Assembly: GCA_028711065.1 (NCBI GenBank)
Contig: JAQTSY010000005.1
Location: forward strand, 7,656-71,655
Length of the DNA stretch: 64,000 bases
Direction: 5' to 3'
Source of the DNA: Minisyncoccota bacterium
GTDB taxonomy: Bacteria > Patescibacteriota > Minisyncoccia > Phycocordibacterales > JAQTLZ01
Position numbers and translations under genes: made by a program
The notes under the pieces: generated by a model
Told to the model about the DNA's origin: nothing
Database searches by the model: none
Seen by the model: the letters and a program-made list of their open reading frames with translations, nothing else
In this document: positions 18,507-28,146 of the stretch, piece after piece
Position numbering within the stretch: position 1 is the stretch's first letter
Layout: every line of letters starts with the position of its first letter

Positions 18507-19052
18507 TTAAAACTTCATATGGAACCAATCAAGCCCGTAAATGTCGTTTATAAGCGCTCTTTCTCCCTTAGCCCATGTTTTATTTTTTGAAAGACCGAGA
18601 AGCGCGATTGCTTCTTTCACGTGTTCTTCGCTATTTCCTTCAATTTCGAGATACGCTGGCATTTGGGGATATTGATCGATATCAAATACCCAGTCTTTCA
18701 AAACAAAAGAGATCCTATCTTTTTCTTGATGTCCGTACAGTTCAAGACCAAGCTCTACAAAAAGATCGGCTAATTTTTCGGATTCCTCAATATTAAAATT
18801 AATTTCTTTGTGCTTGCGAGCAGTTCCCAAAATTTCCGATTTGGCTTTCCACGTCACTTCGCGTTTCCCTTCTGAATTCTGCCTAATTCGAAGAAACCAC
18901 GGATCATCACCTGCATGAGTAAGTCCCTTCGGGCCGAACCAATCGACAATAAGACGAGTTTCTTTAGTCTTCTTTGCGCCTAATTCTTTGAGCTTCGCGA
19001 TCAAATCCTTGCTGTCGATATCCAAAACCTTCGTCTCAATTTCATGCGCCAT
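18507..19052 (-). CDS. CYTH-domain protein (triphosphate-tunnel metalloenzyme; CyaB/ThTPase-like)
   Basis: N-terminal EIETKVL (ExExK), LRIRQ, and C-terminal YLEIEG acidic motifs of the CYTH fold. 181 aa. Confidence 0.6.
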   Translation of the reverse strand: MAHEIETKVLDIDSKDLIAKLKELGAKKTKETRLIVDWFGPKGLTHAGDDPWFLRIRQNSEGKREVTWKAKSEILGTARKHKEINFNIEESEKLADLFVELGLELYGHQEKDRISFVLKDWVFDIDQYPQMPAYLEIEGNSEEHVKEAIALLGLSKNKTWAKGERALINDIYGLDWFHMKF

Positions 19053-19057
19053 AAAAA

Positions 19058-19684
19058 TTAGGAGAAAATTTTAGCTACCGTGTCTGCAAAAGAAACATCC
19101 TTCAGCATGTCCTTTTTCCAACCCTGAACAAACTGTGTGAGAAATTTCTTCGCGATCTTGTCTTCCATGCCTTGTATCATTTTGATAAAAGTCGAGCTAA
19201 TGAGCTCTACATCAGATTTCATGAATTTATTGGCATACATTTTAAAATGCACAGCCTCAATATAATCAGCAATTTTTGCAATGCGTGATTCGTCTGATTC
19301 AAACGCCTGTTCTTCTTTTAAAAGATCTGCAAAATATCCTTTCTGTGCGCCAAAAAGACCGGAAAGATAGCGCTGATTTTCTATTTCAAATTTCTTCGCG
19401 TGCTTATAAGCTTCGGGATTTGCTTTCCTGTATCGCATAGAAATATCGCCTCCGAAAAGTTCCCCCAGATCATGCACGAGCGAAAGTTCAAGAACTTTTT
19501 TTATGTCGATCTTTGCGCCTTTCGTATTGAGAGAAGCGGCGATCTGCCACGCAAGCATTGCTACCAAATATTGATGCTCTGCCAGATTCGAAAGCGGCAT
19601 GTCTCCGCCATTTACGGCATACCCATACTGCGGCTGTTTGCGGGTAAGTTCCAAAATATGAAAAAGTTTCGTAAGGTGTTCCAT
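19058..19684 (-). CDS. HD-domain phosphohydrolase (YfbR-like)
   Basis: ...HQYLVAMLAW...LVHDLGELFGGD... is an H..HD-type metal-binding pattern. Confidence 0.65.
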   Translation of the reverse strand: MEHLTKLFHILELTRKQPQYGYAVNGGDMPLSNLAEHQYLVAMLAWQIAASLNTKGAKIDIKKVLELSLVHDLGELFGGDISMRYRKANPEAYKHAKKFEIENQRYLSGLFGAQKGYFADLLKEEQAFESDESRIAKIADYIEAVHFKMYANKFMKSDVELISSTFIKMIQGMEDKIAKKFLTQFVQGWKKDMLKDVSFADTVAKIFS

Positions 19685-19745
19685 GCCGATTATAGTAGCA
19701 AAAATTTAAAAAACAGTCTCAAAATGCTAAGCTTATCTAACACTC

Positions 19746-20306
19746 ATGGAAAATGACGATATCATTCTCATAGAAAAGTCCCTCGAGGGAGATACCTCTG
19801 CATTTGAAATTTTGGTAAGTCGATACCTGAAGCATATCTATAATTTCGTTTACCACCTCTCTGGAAACGTCGACGAAGCAAACGACATCTCCCAAGAAGT
19901 CTTCGTAAAAGTCTGGAAAAACCTCAAAAAGTTCGACCCAGAGCAGAATTTCAAGACTTGGCTTTTTTCCATTGCAAGAAATACTACGATCGACTATTTC
20001 CGAAAGAAAAAGAGTATCTCGTTCGGAGATATGGAAATCGGCGAGAGCACTTCGTTTGAAGATTCTCTAACAGATGAGGAACCGCTTCCTGATGAAATCT
20101 TTGAACGGAAAGAGCTCGGAACATTCTTGGAAAAAGCCCTTGAAACCCTGCCTCTAGAGGGGCGGACTATTATTCTTCTCCACGACAAAGAAGACCTGAC
20201 ATTTGAAGAGATATCGAAAATCCTTAAGAAACCCATGAACACCGTGAAAAGCCAGTATCGGAGAGCAATTCTTGCGTTTAGAAAGACAATGAATGCACCA
20301 AAATAA
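19746..20306 (+). CDS. ECF-type RNA polymerase sigma-70 factor
   Basis: Region 2 (YLKHIYNFVYHLSGNVDEANDISQEVFVKVWKNL) and region 4 (LPLEGRTIILLHDKEDLTFEEISKIL) signatures. Confidence 0.85.
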   Translation: MENDDIILIEKSLEGDTSAFEILVSRYLKHIYNFVYHLSGNVDEANDISQEVFVKVWKNLKKFDPEQNFKTWLFSIARNTTIDYFRKKKSISFGDMEIGESTSFEDSLTDEEPLPDEIFERKELGTFLEKALETLPLEGRTIILLHDKEDLTFEEISKILKKPMNTVKSQYRRAILAFRKTMNAPK

Positions 20307-20330
20307 GGCCTTTTATCGTATACTTACAAA

Positions 20331-20729
20331 ATGAAAACGTATCGAAATCTTTTTAATAACCTCTCTGAAAAGACTCCTCCTCAAGGATTATGTTTGTCCA
20401 TTATAAAAAAAGTAAGATCCATCCAAAGCCGTAATGCAAAAATTCGCTTTACACTCTCTTCGATCGTGACTCTGGTGTCTCTTGGCGGTATTTTTGAATC
20501 CATTCTCAAACTTATCGAAAGTTCAAACCAGTCAGGCTTTTCACAATATTTCTCTCTCATTTTTTCTGATAGCACCCTCTTCTTTTCATATTGGAAAGAA
20601 TTCGGGCTTTCTCTTGTCGAATCGCTTCCACTCGTCAGCCTCGTGTTTCTCCTTGGGATTGTCGTCGTCTTTCTTTGGTCAGGAGCTCGGGCACTCAAAG
20701 ATGCGCGCAGAACTTTTTTACCAGCATAA
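20331..20729 (+). CDS. Putative membrane-bound anti-sigma factor
   Basis: Directly follows the ECF sigma gene. 132 aa with TM segments. Confidence 0.4.
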   Translation: MKTYRNLFNNLSEKTPPQGLCLSIIKKVRSIQSRNAKIRFTLSSIVTLVSLGGIFESILKLIESSNQSGFSQYFSLIFSDSTLFFSYWKEFGLSLVESLPLVSLVFLLGIVVVFLWSGARALKDARRTFLPA

Positions 20730-20738
20730 TTTTTCATC

Positions 20739-21227
20739 ATGGATATTAAAAAGATATACGAATCAAAGACGGCACGCTCTATTTTCTTTGGGATCTGCAT
20801 AGCGATCGTGGCTCTTCTTATTTTTCAAGCGGGAATATTCGTTGGTTTGAGGAAAGCCGAATTTTCAGAGCGATTAGGAGAAAATTATTATCGAGCATTC
20901 GGACCATCACGGGACAGAGTGATGGGATTTTTCCGAGAAGAGATAGAGGGAGGTCATGGCGCGTCCGGGAAAATCGTCCGGATAGATCTGCCAACATTTG
21001 TCGTAGCTCAGGCAGATAATACTGAAAAGATCGTGATGATCGATAAAACGACAATACTTAGGCGCTTTCGAGAGGAAATAAAAGATACGGACCTCAAAGT
21101 TGATGATTCCGTAATTGTACTCGGCTCCCCCAACGAAGCAGGACAGATAGTAGCAAAATTCGTGAGACTCATCCCGGAAATGGCCACAAGTTCTCCCACC
21201 TCGACACAGCCAATTATGCATAACTAA
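20739..21227 (+). CDS. Membrane-anchored hypothetical protein
   Basis: N-terminal TM then a soluble domain. Same operon as the sigma/anti-sigma pair. Confidence 0.35.
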   Translation: MDIKKIYESKTARSIFFGICIAIVALLIFQAGIFVGLRKAEFSERLGENYYRAFGPSRDRVMGFFREEIEGGHGASGKIVRIDLPTFVVAQADNTEKIVMIDKTTILRRFREEIKDTDLKVDDSVIVLGSPNEAGQIVAKFVRLIPEMATSSPTSTQPIMHN

Positions 21228-21239
21228 CAATACCGCTCA

Positions 21240-22961
21240 ATGAATCAAACGATTAAAAACATAAAAAAATATTTTGTCGCGCACAAAGTAATCGGAACAA
21301 TAGTTGTTCTTGTTATTCTCTTAGGCGCCTACCGGATCTACAAGCATTATACTGCTCCATCGACAGCCCCCCGCTATGTGCTCGGAACTGTGTCGAGAGG
21401 AACTATCACCACATCAGTTACGGGTACCGGGCAAGTATCGGCTTCAAATCAAATCGAACTGAAAGCAAAAGCTTCCGGCGATATTGTCTATCTCCCTGCA
21501 GCAGTCGGACAGGAAATTCCGGCTGGCACACTTATCGCCCAAATAGACTCTCATGATGCGGCAATTGCTTTGGAAACCGCGCAATTGGCGCTCCAGAAGC
21601 TTGTAAAACCAGCTGACGCTGTATCTCTCTCTGAAGCCGAAAATGCCTTAGCAGATGCAAAAGACGCAAACAAGAAAGCGACGGATGACCTCGCCAAAGC
21701 ATATGACGACAGTCTTAGTGCTATTGCAAATTCTTTTCTTGATTTCTCTCCCACTCTTACAGGTATAGATGATATTTTGGGAAAACAAGACCTTTCTGAC
21801 AATAACGCACGCATAAGCGGAAGAACTGCACTTGATTTTAGAAATAAAGCTTCAGCTGCGTATTATCTCGCAGATAACGCCGTGCAAAAAGAGACTCGGG
21901 ATTACCGCACCTTTGACCATAACGCTTCTCCGGAAACAGTTGAAAATATTTTAAATGAAACCTATGATACGGCAAAACTCGTCTCTGAAGCCACAAAAGA
22001 TACGAGAAATTTTGTCGATTACATGGCTGAAGATTCGCAGAGGAGTTCCGACTTTTCCGGCTACCAGAATACGCTCGCAGGCTATACGGCGGAAATGAAC
22101 GGGCACGTAGTTGATCTTCTTTCAATTCAAAATACTATTTCGGACGCGAAAAATACTATTTCCAGTTCGGCTCGAAGCATTCAGGAGAAAACTGAAGCGC
22201 TCCAGAAGATCAAAGACGGCACAGACGAACTCGATGTCCGTTCACAGGAGCTTTCCGTTCAGCAAAAAGAGTACGCGTACGAAGATTATTTCATCCGAGC
22301 GCCTTTTGACGGAGTCCTCGCGAAACTGGATGTGCGAAAAGGAGATTCGATAGGTTCTGGTGGTAGCCTCGGCACATTTTTAAGCAAGAATAAAATCGCC
22401 GATATTTCACTGAATGAAGTCGACGTTGCCCGCATAAAAGACGGACAGAAAGTCATGCTGACCTTTGACGCTATTGACGGTCTTACCATTTCAGGAGAGG
22501 TGGTAGAAACAGATCTGGTTGGCACAGTCACGCAAGGAGTCGTGAATTACAATGTGAAGATCGCCTTTGATACGGAGGACGATCGAGTGAAAGCGGGAAT
22601 GAGCGCGAACGCTGCCATTATTACTGACGTAATCCAAGACGTATTAATTGTTCCGAACAGCGCAGTGAAAACTCAAGGAAACACTCATTACGTAGAAATG
22701 TTTACAACGCCAATAACAAGCGCAAGTGCAGATACTGCGCAAGGAATTACTTCCGCTACATTGCCCAGTCAACAGGTAGTGGAAATCGGAACCTCAAATG
22801 ATACTCAAACCGAAATTACTTCGGGACTCAAAGAAGGAGATCAGATCGTAGTGCGAACTATCACCCCTTCAACCACAACTACGACAGCCCAGGCTCCAAG
22901 CCTCTTCGGAGGAAATACCCGCGCTGTCACAACTGGCGGAGCGCGCGGAGCCGGAAGATAG
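21240..22961 (+). CDS. HlyD/MacA-family periplasmic adaptor (membrane fusion protein)
   Basis: N-terminal TM, a lipoyl/beta-barrel-type start (GTVSRGTITTSVTGTG...ELKAKASG), a long coiled-coil, and a C-terminal beta domain. Confidence 0.7.
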   Translation: MNQTIKNIKKYFVAHKVIGTIVVLVILLGAYRIYKHYTAPSTAPRYVLGTVSRGTITTSVTGTGQVSASNQIELKAKASGDIVYLPAAVGQEIPAGTLIAQIDSHDAAIALETAQLALQKLVKPADAVSLSEAENALADAKDANKKATDDLAKAYDDSLSAIANSFLDFSPTLTGIDDILGKQDLSDNNARISGRTALDFRNKASAAYYLADNAVQKETRDYRTFDHNASPETVENILNETYDTAKLVSEATKDTRNFVDYMAEDSQRSSDFSGYQNTLAGYTAEMNGHVVDLLSIQNTISDAKNTISSSARSIQEKTEALQKIKDGTDELDVRSQELSVQQKEYAYEDYFIRAPFDGVLAKLDVRKGDSIGSGGSLGTFLSKNKIADISLNEVDVARIKDGQKVMLTFDAIDGLTISGEVVETDLVGTVTQGVVNYNVKIAFDTEDDRVKAGMSANAAIITDVIQDVLIVPNSAVKTQGNTHYVEMFTTPITSASADTAQGITSATLPSQQVVEIGTSNDTQTEITSGLKEGDQIVVRTITPSTTTTTAQAPSLFGGNTRAVTTGGARGAGR

Positions 22962-22976
22962 TTTTTCCCTTATTGT

Positions 22977-23687
22977 ATGATCGAAATCAAAGATGTCACA
23001 AAAACATACTCATCAGGAGATCTCGCCTTTCAAGCTCTTCGCGGAGTGAGCTTTACTATTGCCGACGGAGAATTCGTGGCCATCATGGGACCATCTGGGT
23101 CTGGGAAATCAACACTCATGCATATTCTTGGCGCTCTTGATACGCCGACCTCTGGGAAATATTTTCTTGACGGAAAAGATGTTTCAACATTAACCGATGA
23201 TGAACTAGCGGACATCAGGAGAGACAAAGTCGGTTTCGTTTTTCAAGCTTTTAACCTCCTTCCGCGGGCAACAGTTCTGCGAAATGTAATGCTCCCGCTT
23301 GTGTATGAAGGAATAGAAAAAGAAGAACGGGTGAAGCGCGCTGAATCGGCACTCAAAGCAGCAGGGCTCGACGAAGCTCATTTTTCACATCTTTCCAACC
23401 AGCTCTCCGGCGGACAAATTCAACGCGTTGCAATTGCCCGGGCGCTTGTGAATAATCCCACCCTCATTCTGGCAGACGAGCCTACTGGAAACCTCGATAC
23501 AAAAACGGGGGAAATCGTGCTCGGAACATTTCAACGCCTCAATGAAGAACAAGGACGCACGATCATTCTCATCACCCACGAACCCGACGTGGCAGAACAC
23601 GCAGAAAGAATTATTCATATTAAAGACGGGCTCATTCTAAGCGACAGCAAGAAACATACCCGAAAAATCATTAATAAAAAGCAATGA
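22977..23687 (+). CDS. ABC transporter ATP-binding protein (MacB/LolD-like)
   Basis: Walker A GPSGSGKST, ABC signature LSGGQIQRVAIARAL, Walker B ILADEPTGNLD. Confidence 0.9.
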   Translation: MIEIKDVTKTYSSGDLAFQALRGVSFTIADGEFVAIMGPSGSGKSTLMHILGALDTPTSGKYFLDGKDVSTLTDDELADIRRDKVGFVFQAFNLLPRATVLRNVMLPLVYEGIEKEERVKRAESALKAAGLDEAHFSHLSNQLSGGQIQRVAIARALVNNPTLILADEPTGNLDTKTGEIVLGTFQRLNEEQGRTIILITHEPDVAEHAERIIHIKDGLILSDSKKHTRKIINKKQ

Positions 23688-24895
23688 CTTCGCTCGACAT
23701 TCTTCAAGAAACATACATCGCTCTCTCTTCGAACAAAGTCCGAACAGGACTCACCATGCTCGGCATTGTGATCGGAATTGGCTCTGTCATTGCCATGGTT
23801 TCTATCGGCCAAGGCGCAAAAGCGCAGATCCAATCTTCGATCGAGGGACTCGGATCAAATCTTCTCACTATTCTTCCCGGCGTGGTCCAACCGGGGCGAG
23901 GACTTGTTTCATCTGGCAGAGGTTCGGCCCAAAGCCTGAAAAATGAAGATGCTACTGCCATCCAGCAAATTGACGGAATTGCAGCGCTTTCTCCGGAACT
24001 TTCACGAAGATTCCAGGTGAGCGCCCCAACAGGAAACAACACCAACACAACAGTGAACGGCGTTCTGCCGGCTTACATTACCGTAAGAAATCTTACCGTC
24101 GCAGATGGAAACTTTTTAACTGACGCGAGCGTTCGGAGCATCTCGCGCGAGGCGGTGCTCGGAGCGAATGTTGCAAAAGACCTCTTTGCAGACGCGGAAC
24201 CAGTCGGCAAAACGATTCGAGTTAATAATGCAATTTTCCGAGTTGTCGGAGTGCTTACCGCCAAAGGCGGAGCGGGATTTTCCGGGCCGGATGATCTGGT
24301 GATCGTCCCCCTCTCGACCATGCAGAAAGTATTAAGCGGCGTTGATTATCTTTCAGCATTGTACGTGAGCGTTACGGACAAAGACCAGATGAATTCGGTG
24401 CGGGATGTGATAACAGAAACACTTCTTGAAAAACACCGGGTCTCCGAAGCTGATTTCTCAATTATTTCTCAAGAAGATATTCTTGGCACACTTTCACAGG
24501 TGGTAAATACCTTTACCCTCTTTCTTGCCTCTATCGCGGGCATTTCGCTCGTCGTCGGCGGAATCGGCATTATGAATATGATGCTCACCACCGTAACAGA
24601 ACGAACGAAAGAGATCGGACTTCGCAAAGCGATCGGAGCAAAAAGCAGCGACATCAATACTCAATTTCTGGTGGAAGCCATCATGCTGACTTTCATTGGA
24701 GGGTTTGTGGGAATCGTCCTTGGATGGTCTATTGCATCGGCTGTAACTTACCTCGGTATTGTGCAGACCCAAGTGTCACTTTCTTCGATATTGCTCGCTT
24801 TCGGTGTTTCTGCAGCGATCGGAATTATCTTCGGATATTACCCCGCTCGTCGTGCCGGAAAATTAAATCCGATCGAGGCTTTGCGATACGAGTAA
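23684..24895 (+). CDS. ABC transporter permease (MacB/FtsX family)
   Basis: N-terminal TM, large periplasmic domain, C-terminal FtsX-type 3-TM bundle. 4-nt overlap with the ATPase gene. Confidence 0.85.
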   Translation: MTSLDILQETYIALSSNKVRTGLTMLGIVIGIGSVIAMVSIGQGAKAQIQSSIEGLGSNLLTILPGVVQPGRGLVSSGRGSAQSLKNEDATAIQQIDGIAALSPELSRRFQVSAPTGNNTNTTVNGVLPAYITVRNLTVADGNFLTDASVRSISREAVLGANVAKDLFADAEPVGKTIRVNNAIFRVVGVLTAKGGAGFSGPDDLVIVPLSTMQKVLSGVDYLSALYVSVTDKDQMNSVRDVITETLLEKHRVSEADFSIISQEDILGTLSQVVNTFTLFLASIAGISLVVGGIGIMNMMLTTVTERTKEIGLRKAIGAKSSDINTQFLVEAIMLTFIGGFVGIVLGWSIASAVTYLGIVQTQVSLSSILLAFGVSAAIGIIFGYYPARRAGKLNPIEALRYE

Positions 24896-24923
24896 AAATT
24901 TAATAAATAATGTAATAAAAGAT

Positions 24924-25325
24924 ATGAATAAAAAAATTGTAGGAGTTATTGTAGTCATTATCATCGCAGGAGCGAGTTTCTATGGAGGGATGCAATATGG
25001 AAAGAATAGCGTTACAAGCGCATTCAGCGCTCGATTTGGACAAGGTGGAGCGGGTGGAGGACAAAGAGGTGCTCGAGGAGGCGCAAATGGAGGAGGATTT
25101 GTGACGGGAACAGTATTATCGCAGGATACGAATGGCATCACTGTTCAACTGCGAAGCGGCGGTTCTCAAATCATTCTCATCTCTTCAAGCACGCCAATCA
25201 TGAAAAGTGTCGCCGGCGGAGAATCTGACCTGCAAAAAGGACAAAACGTAATGGTCATGGGAACCACAAATCCGGACGGCAGTCTCACTGCTGAGTCAGT
25301 TCAGATACGACAAGCGAGCAATTAA
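24924..25325 (+). CDS. Small Gly-rich secreted protein (hypothetical)
   Basis: Signal/TM segment, then GQGGAGGGQRGARGGANGGG and a beta-rich C-terminus. Confidence 0.35.
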   Translation: MNKKIVGVIVVIIIAGASFYGGMQYGKNSVTSAFSARFGQGGAGGGQRGARGGANGGGFVTGTVLSQDTNGITVQLRSGGSQIILISSSTPIMKSVAGGESDLQKGQNVMVMGTTNPDGSLTAESVQIRQASN

Positions 25326-25327
25326 CC

Positions 25328-26956
25328 TCACGAGGAAGTAAAGAGCACACCTTCGTATGGCCGGAGGGTAACAGTATTCTCTTTTGAAGAAAGAGGCGTG
25401 TTCATGTACGTCGAACATGCAATTTGTAATTTCCTTCCTTCGACAACAAGTTCTTCATTCACTATTTCATTTGAAAAGTTGAGCATGACAAACCACTCTT
25501 CTTTCGATGTCTTTCTGCTGTAAAAGAATACATCGGATGATTTCGCGTTTCTCGGAACGTATTCGCCATAGCGAAGAGCCTCCGATGCGTTCCTATAGTA
25601 GAGAAGCATTTTATAAAGATAAAACATTGATTCCGGATTCGCCCTTTCTGTTTTCACATTCACCTTCGCGTAGTCTTCAGAGACGGGGAGCCAAGGTTCC
25701 ACTTCTGAAAAGCCTGCGTTCAAATCATCCGACCATTGCATCGGCGTCCTTTCCGGATCACGAAGAATGGAAGGATTTTCAATGAGCGTGGCGAAGCCGT
25801 CTTTCATTTTGTGTTTTGGTATTTCCACATTTTTCATGCCTATTTCTTCTCCGTAATAGACAAAAACAGTACCCCGAAGCGTAAGAAGCATGAGAGCGAG
25901 AAGCCGTGTACGAGTCTCTCCAAAGCGCGTAAGTACTCTCCTATGATCATGGTTACCCAGCACATAGGTCGGAACTCTTTTTGGTCCAACAAGCTTATCG
26001 AAAGCGTTTATAAATGCTCTGTAAATTTCTGCAGACCACGGCTTTTTAAATAATTCAAAAAGATTGAAATTAAAAGGAGTATGATTCCGATACGTACACC
26101 CGTCATAGATCTTTATAAGCTGTGTAAGATCGACATACGATTCTGTCACAATAAAGATGTCCCGATATTTTTTCGAGGATTCGCATATTAGATTAATAAC
26201 TCCGATTACTTCCGGCTGATTTTCATCATACATATGAAGATACTCATCGTATGGCAAATCAACCCCCTTCACGAAATGAGTATTCACAGGGTCATCCCGA
26301 AAACGCTTGTCTTCAACTGTATGCGCGACAGCATCCACACGAAAACCATCGACTCCCCTTTTGAGCCAGAAATCAATTATCTTTTTAAATTCTTTGCGCA
26401 CCTCATCGTTTCTCCAATTCAAATCTGGCTGATGCGGAAGGAAATGATGAAGATAGCATTGTCCAGTCGATGGGTCAGGTGTCCATGCAGAACCGCCGGA
26501 AACAGCAAGCCAATTATTCGGTGGCAAACCTCCTGGAAGCGGATCCTTCCAGACATACCAATCTCTTTTCGGATTGGTTTTCGACATTCTAGCTTCTTGA
26601 AACCAAGGATGCTCGCGGGAAGTGTGATTGACCACCAAATCCATAATAATTTTAAGTCCCCGCTTATGCGCCTCCGCAACAAGCTTGTCAAAAATCTCGA
26701 GCGTCCCGAATCGAGGATCTATATCGCAATAATCGGTCACATCATAGCCAAAATCTTTCATCGGCGATGGGTAGACGGGTGAAATCCACAAAGCATCAAC
26801 TCCTAATGAATGCGGGCTGCCCCGGAAATAATCGAGTCTTGAAATAATACCTTCAAGGTCGCCAATACCGTCTCCGTTGGAATCTTGAAAGCTCCACGGA
26901 TAGATCTGATAGATAACCGCGTTTTCGTACCACTTCGGCCGTTGAAACCAAAACAT
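25328..26956 (-). CDS. GH13 alpha-glucosidase / oligo-1,6-glucosidase-like
   Basis: YQIYPWSF, DGIGDLEGI, GVDALWISP, DLVVNHTS, GFRVDAV. These are the canonical GH13 regions. Confidence 0.85.
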   Translation of the reverse strand: MFWFQRPKWYENAVIYQIYPWSFQDSNGDGIGDLEGIISRLDYFRGSPHSLGVDALWISPVYPSPMKDFGYDVTDYCDIDPRFGTLEIFDKLVAEAHKRGLKIIMDLVVNHTSREHPWFQEARMSKTNPKRDWYVWKDPLPGGLPPNNWLAVSGGSAWTPDPSTGQCYLHHFLPHQPDLNWRNDEVRKEFKKIIDFWLKRGVDGFRVDAVAHTVEDKRFRDDPVNTHFVKGVDLPYDEYLHMYDENQPEVIGVINLICESSKKYRDIFIVTESYVDLTQLIKIYDGCTYRNHTPFNFNLFELFKKPWSAEIYRAFINAFDKLVGPKRVPTYVLGNHDHRRVLTRFGETRTRLLALMLLTLRGTVFVYYGEEIGMKNVEIPKHKMKDGFATLIENPSILRDPERTPMQWSDDLNAGFSEVEPWLPVSEDYAKVNVKTERANPESMFYLYKMLLYYRNASEALRYGEYVPRNAKSSDVFFYSRKTSKEEWFVMLNFSNEIVNEELVVEGRKLQIACSTYMNTPLSSKENTVTLRPYEGVLFTSS

Positions 26957-26989
26957 GGTTTTATTATAACGCAGATTGTAAAATCTATC

Positions 26990-28138
26990 TCAGCCGTTTT
27001 TATGGTCTTTCCAGTGTTTCTCCCAGATGATTGTATGCAGTTTTGCAAAAAGCTTTTCGGCTTTTAATTTTGTCTTTTCATCAGCATTTGCCAGTGAGCG
27101 CACCGCGAGAAGAAGCTGTTTCGCTCCCTTCTCTATTTCTGTCGGGTTCCAAGAGACTGGAGAAAATGGGCCAATTTTTCTCTCGCTTGCCCACCACCAT
27201 GCACAGCTAGCTACTCCTTTGTCGGCATACTTTCTTGCTTTCCCATATTCTAGATCTCCCTGCGCACCCTCGACGGTTTTAAGCACAAAATTCCTAAACA
27301 GATTGAGGCGTTTATGAATTATATTTCTCGGGTCGTCCCAGAGCCCAAAAGGAATTTTTTCGGCAAGTTCTTCTTTCGTGGATTCCCAGCTTGCTTCGCG
27401 AACCGAAATCGTTTCCTTTTTCGAAAGACGGGAAAGATATTCTGAAGCGGTAAGATTTTGTACCTCTTTGTCAGTGAAGATACGTTCATAAAATCCCCTG
27501 TCATCTGTATGCCAATGGCCGTAAAGTTCTCCATCATGAAGGGTGATAATATAATTTGCGAACTTCTCTTTATTTTTTGAAATATATTCGGGAGGAAATG
27601 TTTTCGAGAACTCGGAGTTTCGAAAAATGACATTCAGCCCGTTGCCTTTCAAAACGTATCTGACTTCCGGATCCACTTTAACTTCTGCATGGGTTTCATC
27701 GAGAACGAGAAAAGTAAATCCAAGCTTTTTCAAGAGAGATGCAATTTTAGGCCCATAGGCAAGTTCAGGCAGATAAAAACCGGCCATTTTGTAGGCGTCT
27801 CCGAAATATTTTCTCAAAACATCCTCGTTGAGGCGTATCTGCCGCTCTATCTCTTTTTTCGACAAAAGCGGAAGTATTGGATGATACATCGCACTCCCGA
27901 GAAGCTCGATTCTCCCCTCGATGGCATATTTTCGAATACCATCGATGATGTCAGCCCTTCCATATTTTTCTAAAAGCTCCACAAGCGAGCCGTTAATATT
28001 CAAAGTAATTTTAAGAGTCGGGTATTTTTCAAGAAGCTTCAAAATAAGCGAGTAGCTTTCGTTTGAAACTTTTTCTATCACCTCCTTTTCCTGCGTCGGC
28101 GGCTGATAAATATGCAATATGTTTACCCAATACTTCAT
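26990..28138 (-). CDS. GH57-family glycoside hydrolase
   Basis: N-terminal ILHIYQPP (GH57 HxHQP-type motif). 382 aa. Confidence 0.6.
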   Translation of the reverse strand: MKYWVNILHIYQPPTQEKEVIEKVSNESYSLILKLLEKYPTLKITLNINGSLVELLEKYGRADIIDGIRKYAIEGRIELLGSAMYHPILPLLSKKEIERQIRLNEDVLRKYFGDAYKMAGFYLPELAYGPKIASLLKKLGFTFLVLDETHAEVKVDPEVRYVLKGNGLNVIFRNSEFSKTFPPEYISKNKEKFANYIITLHDGELYGHWHTDDRGFYERIFTDKEVQNLTASEYLSRLSKKETISVREASWESTKEELAEKIPFGLWDDPRNIIHKRLNLFRNFVLKTVEGAQGDLEYGKARKYADKGVASCAWWWASERKIGPFSPVSWNPTEIEKGAKQLLLAVRSLANADEKTKLKAEKLFAKLHTIIWEKHWKDHKNG

Positions 28139-28146
28139 ACAAGAAA

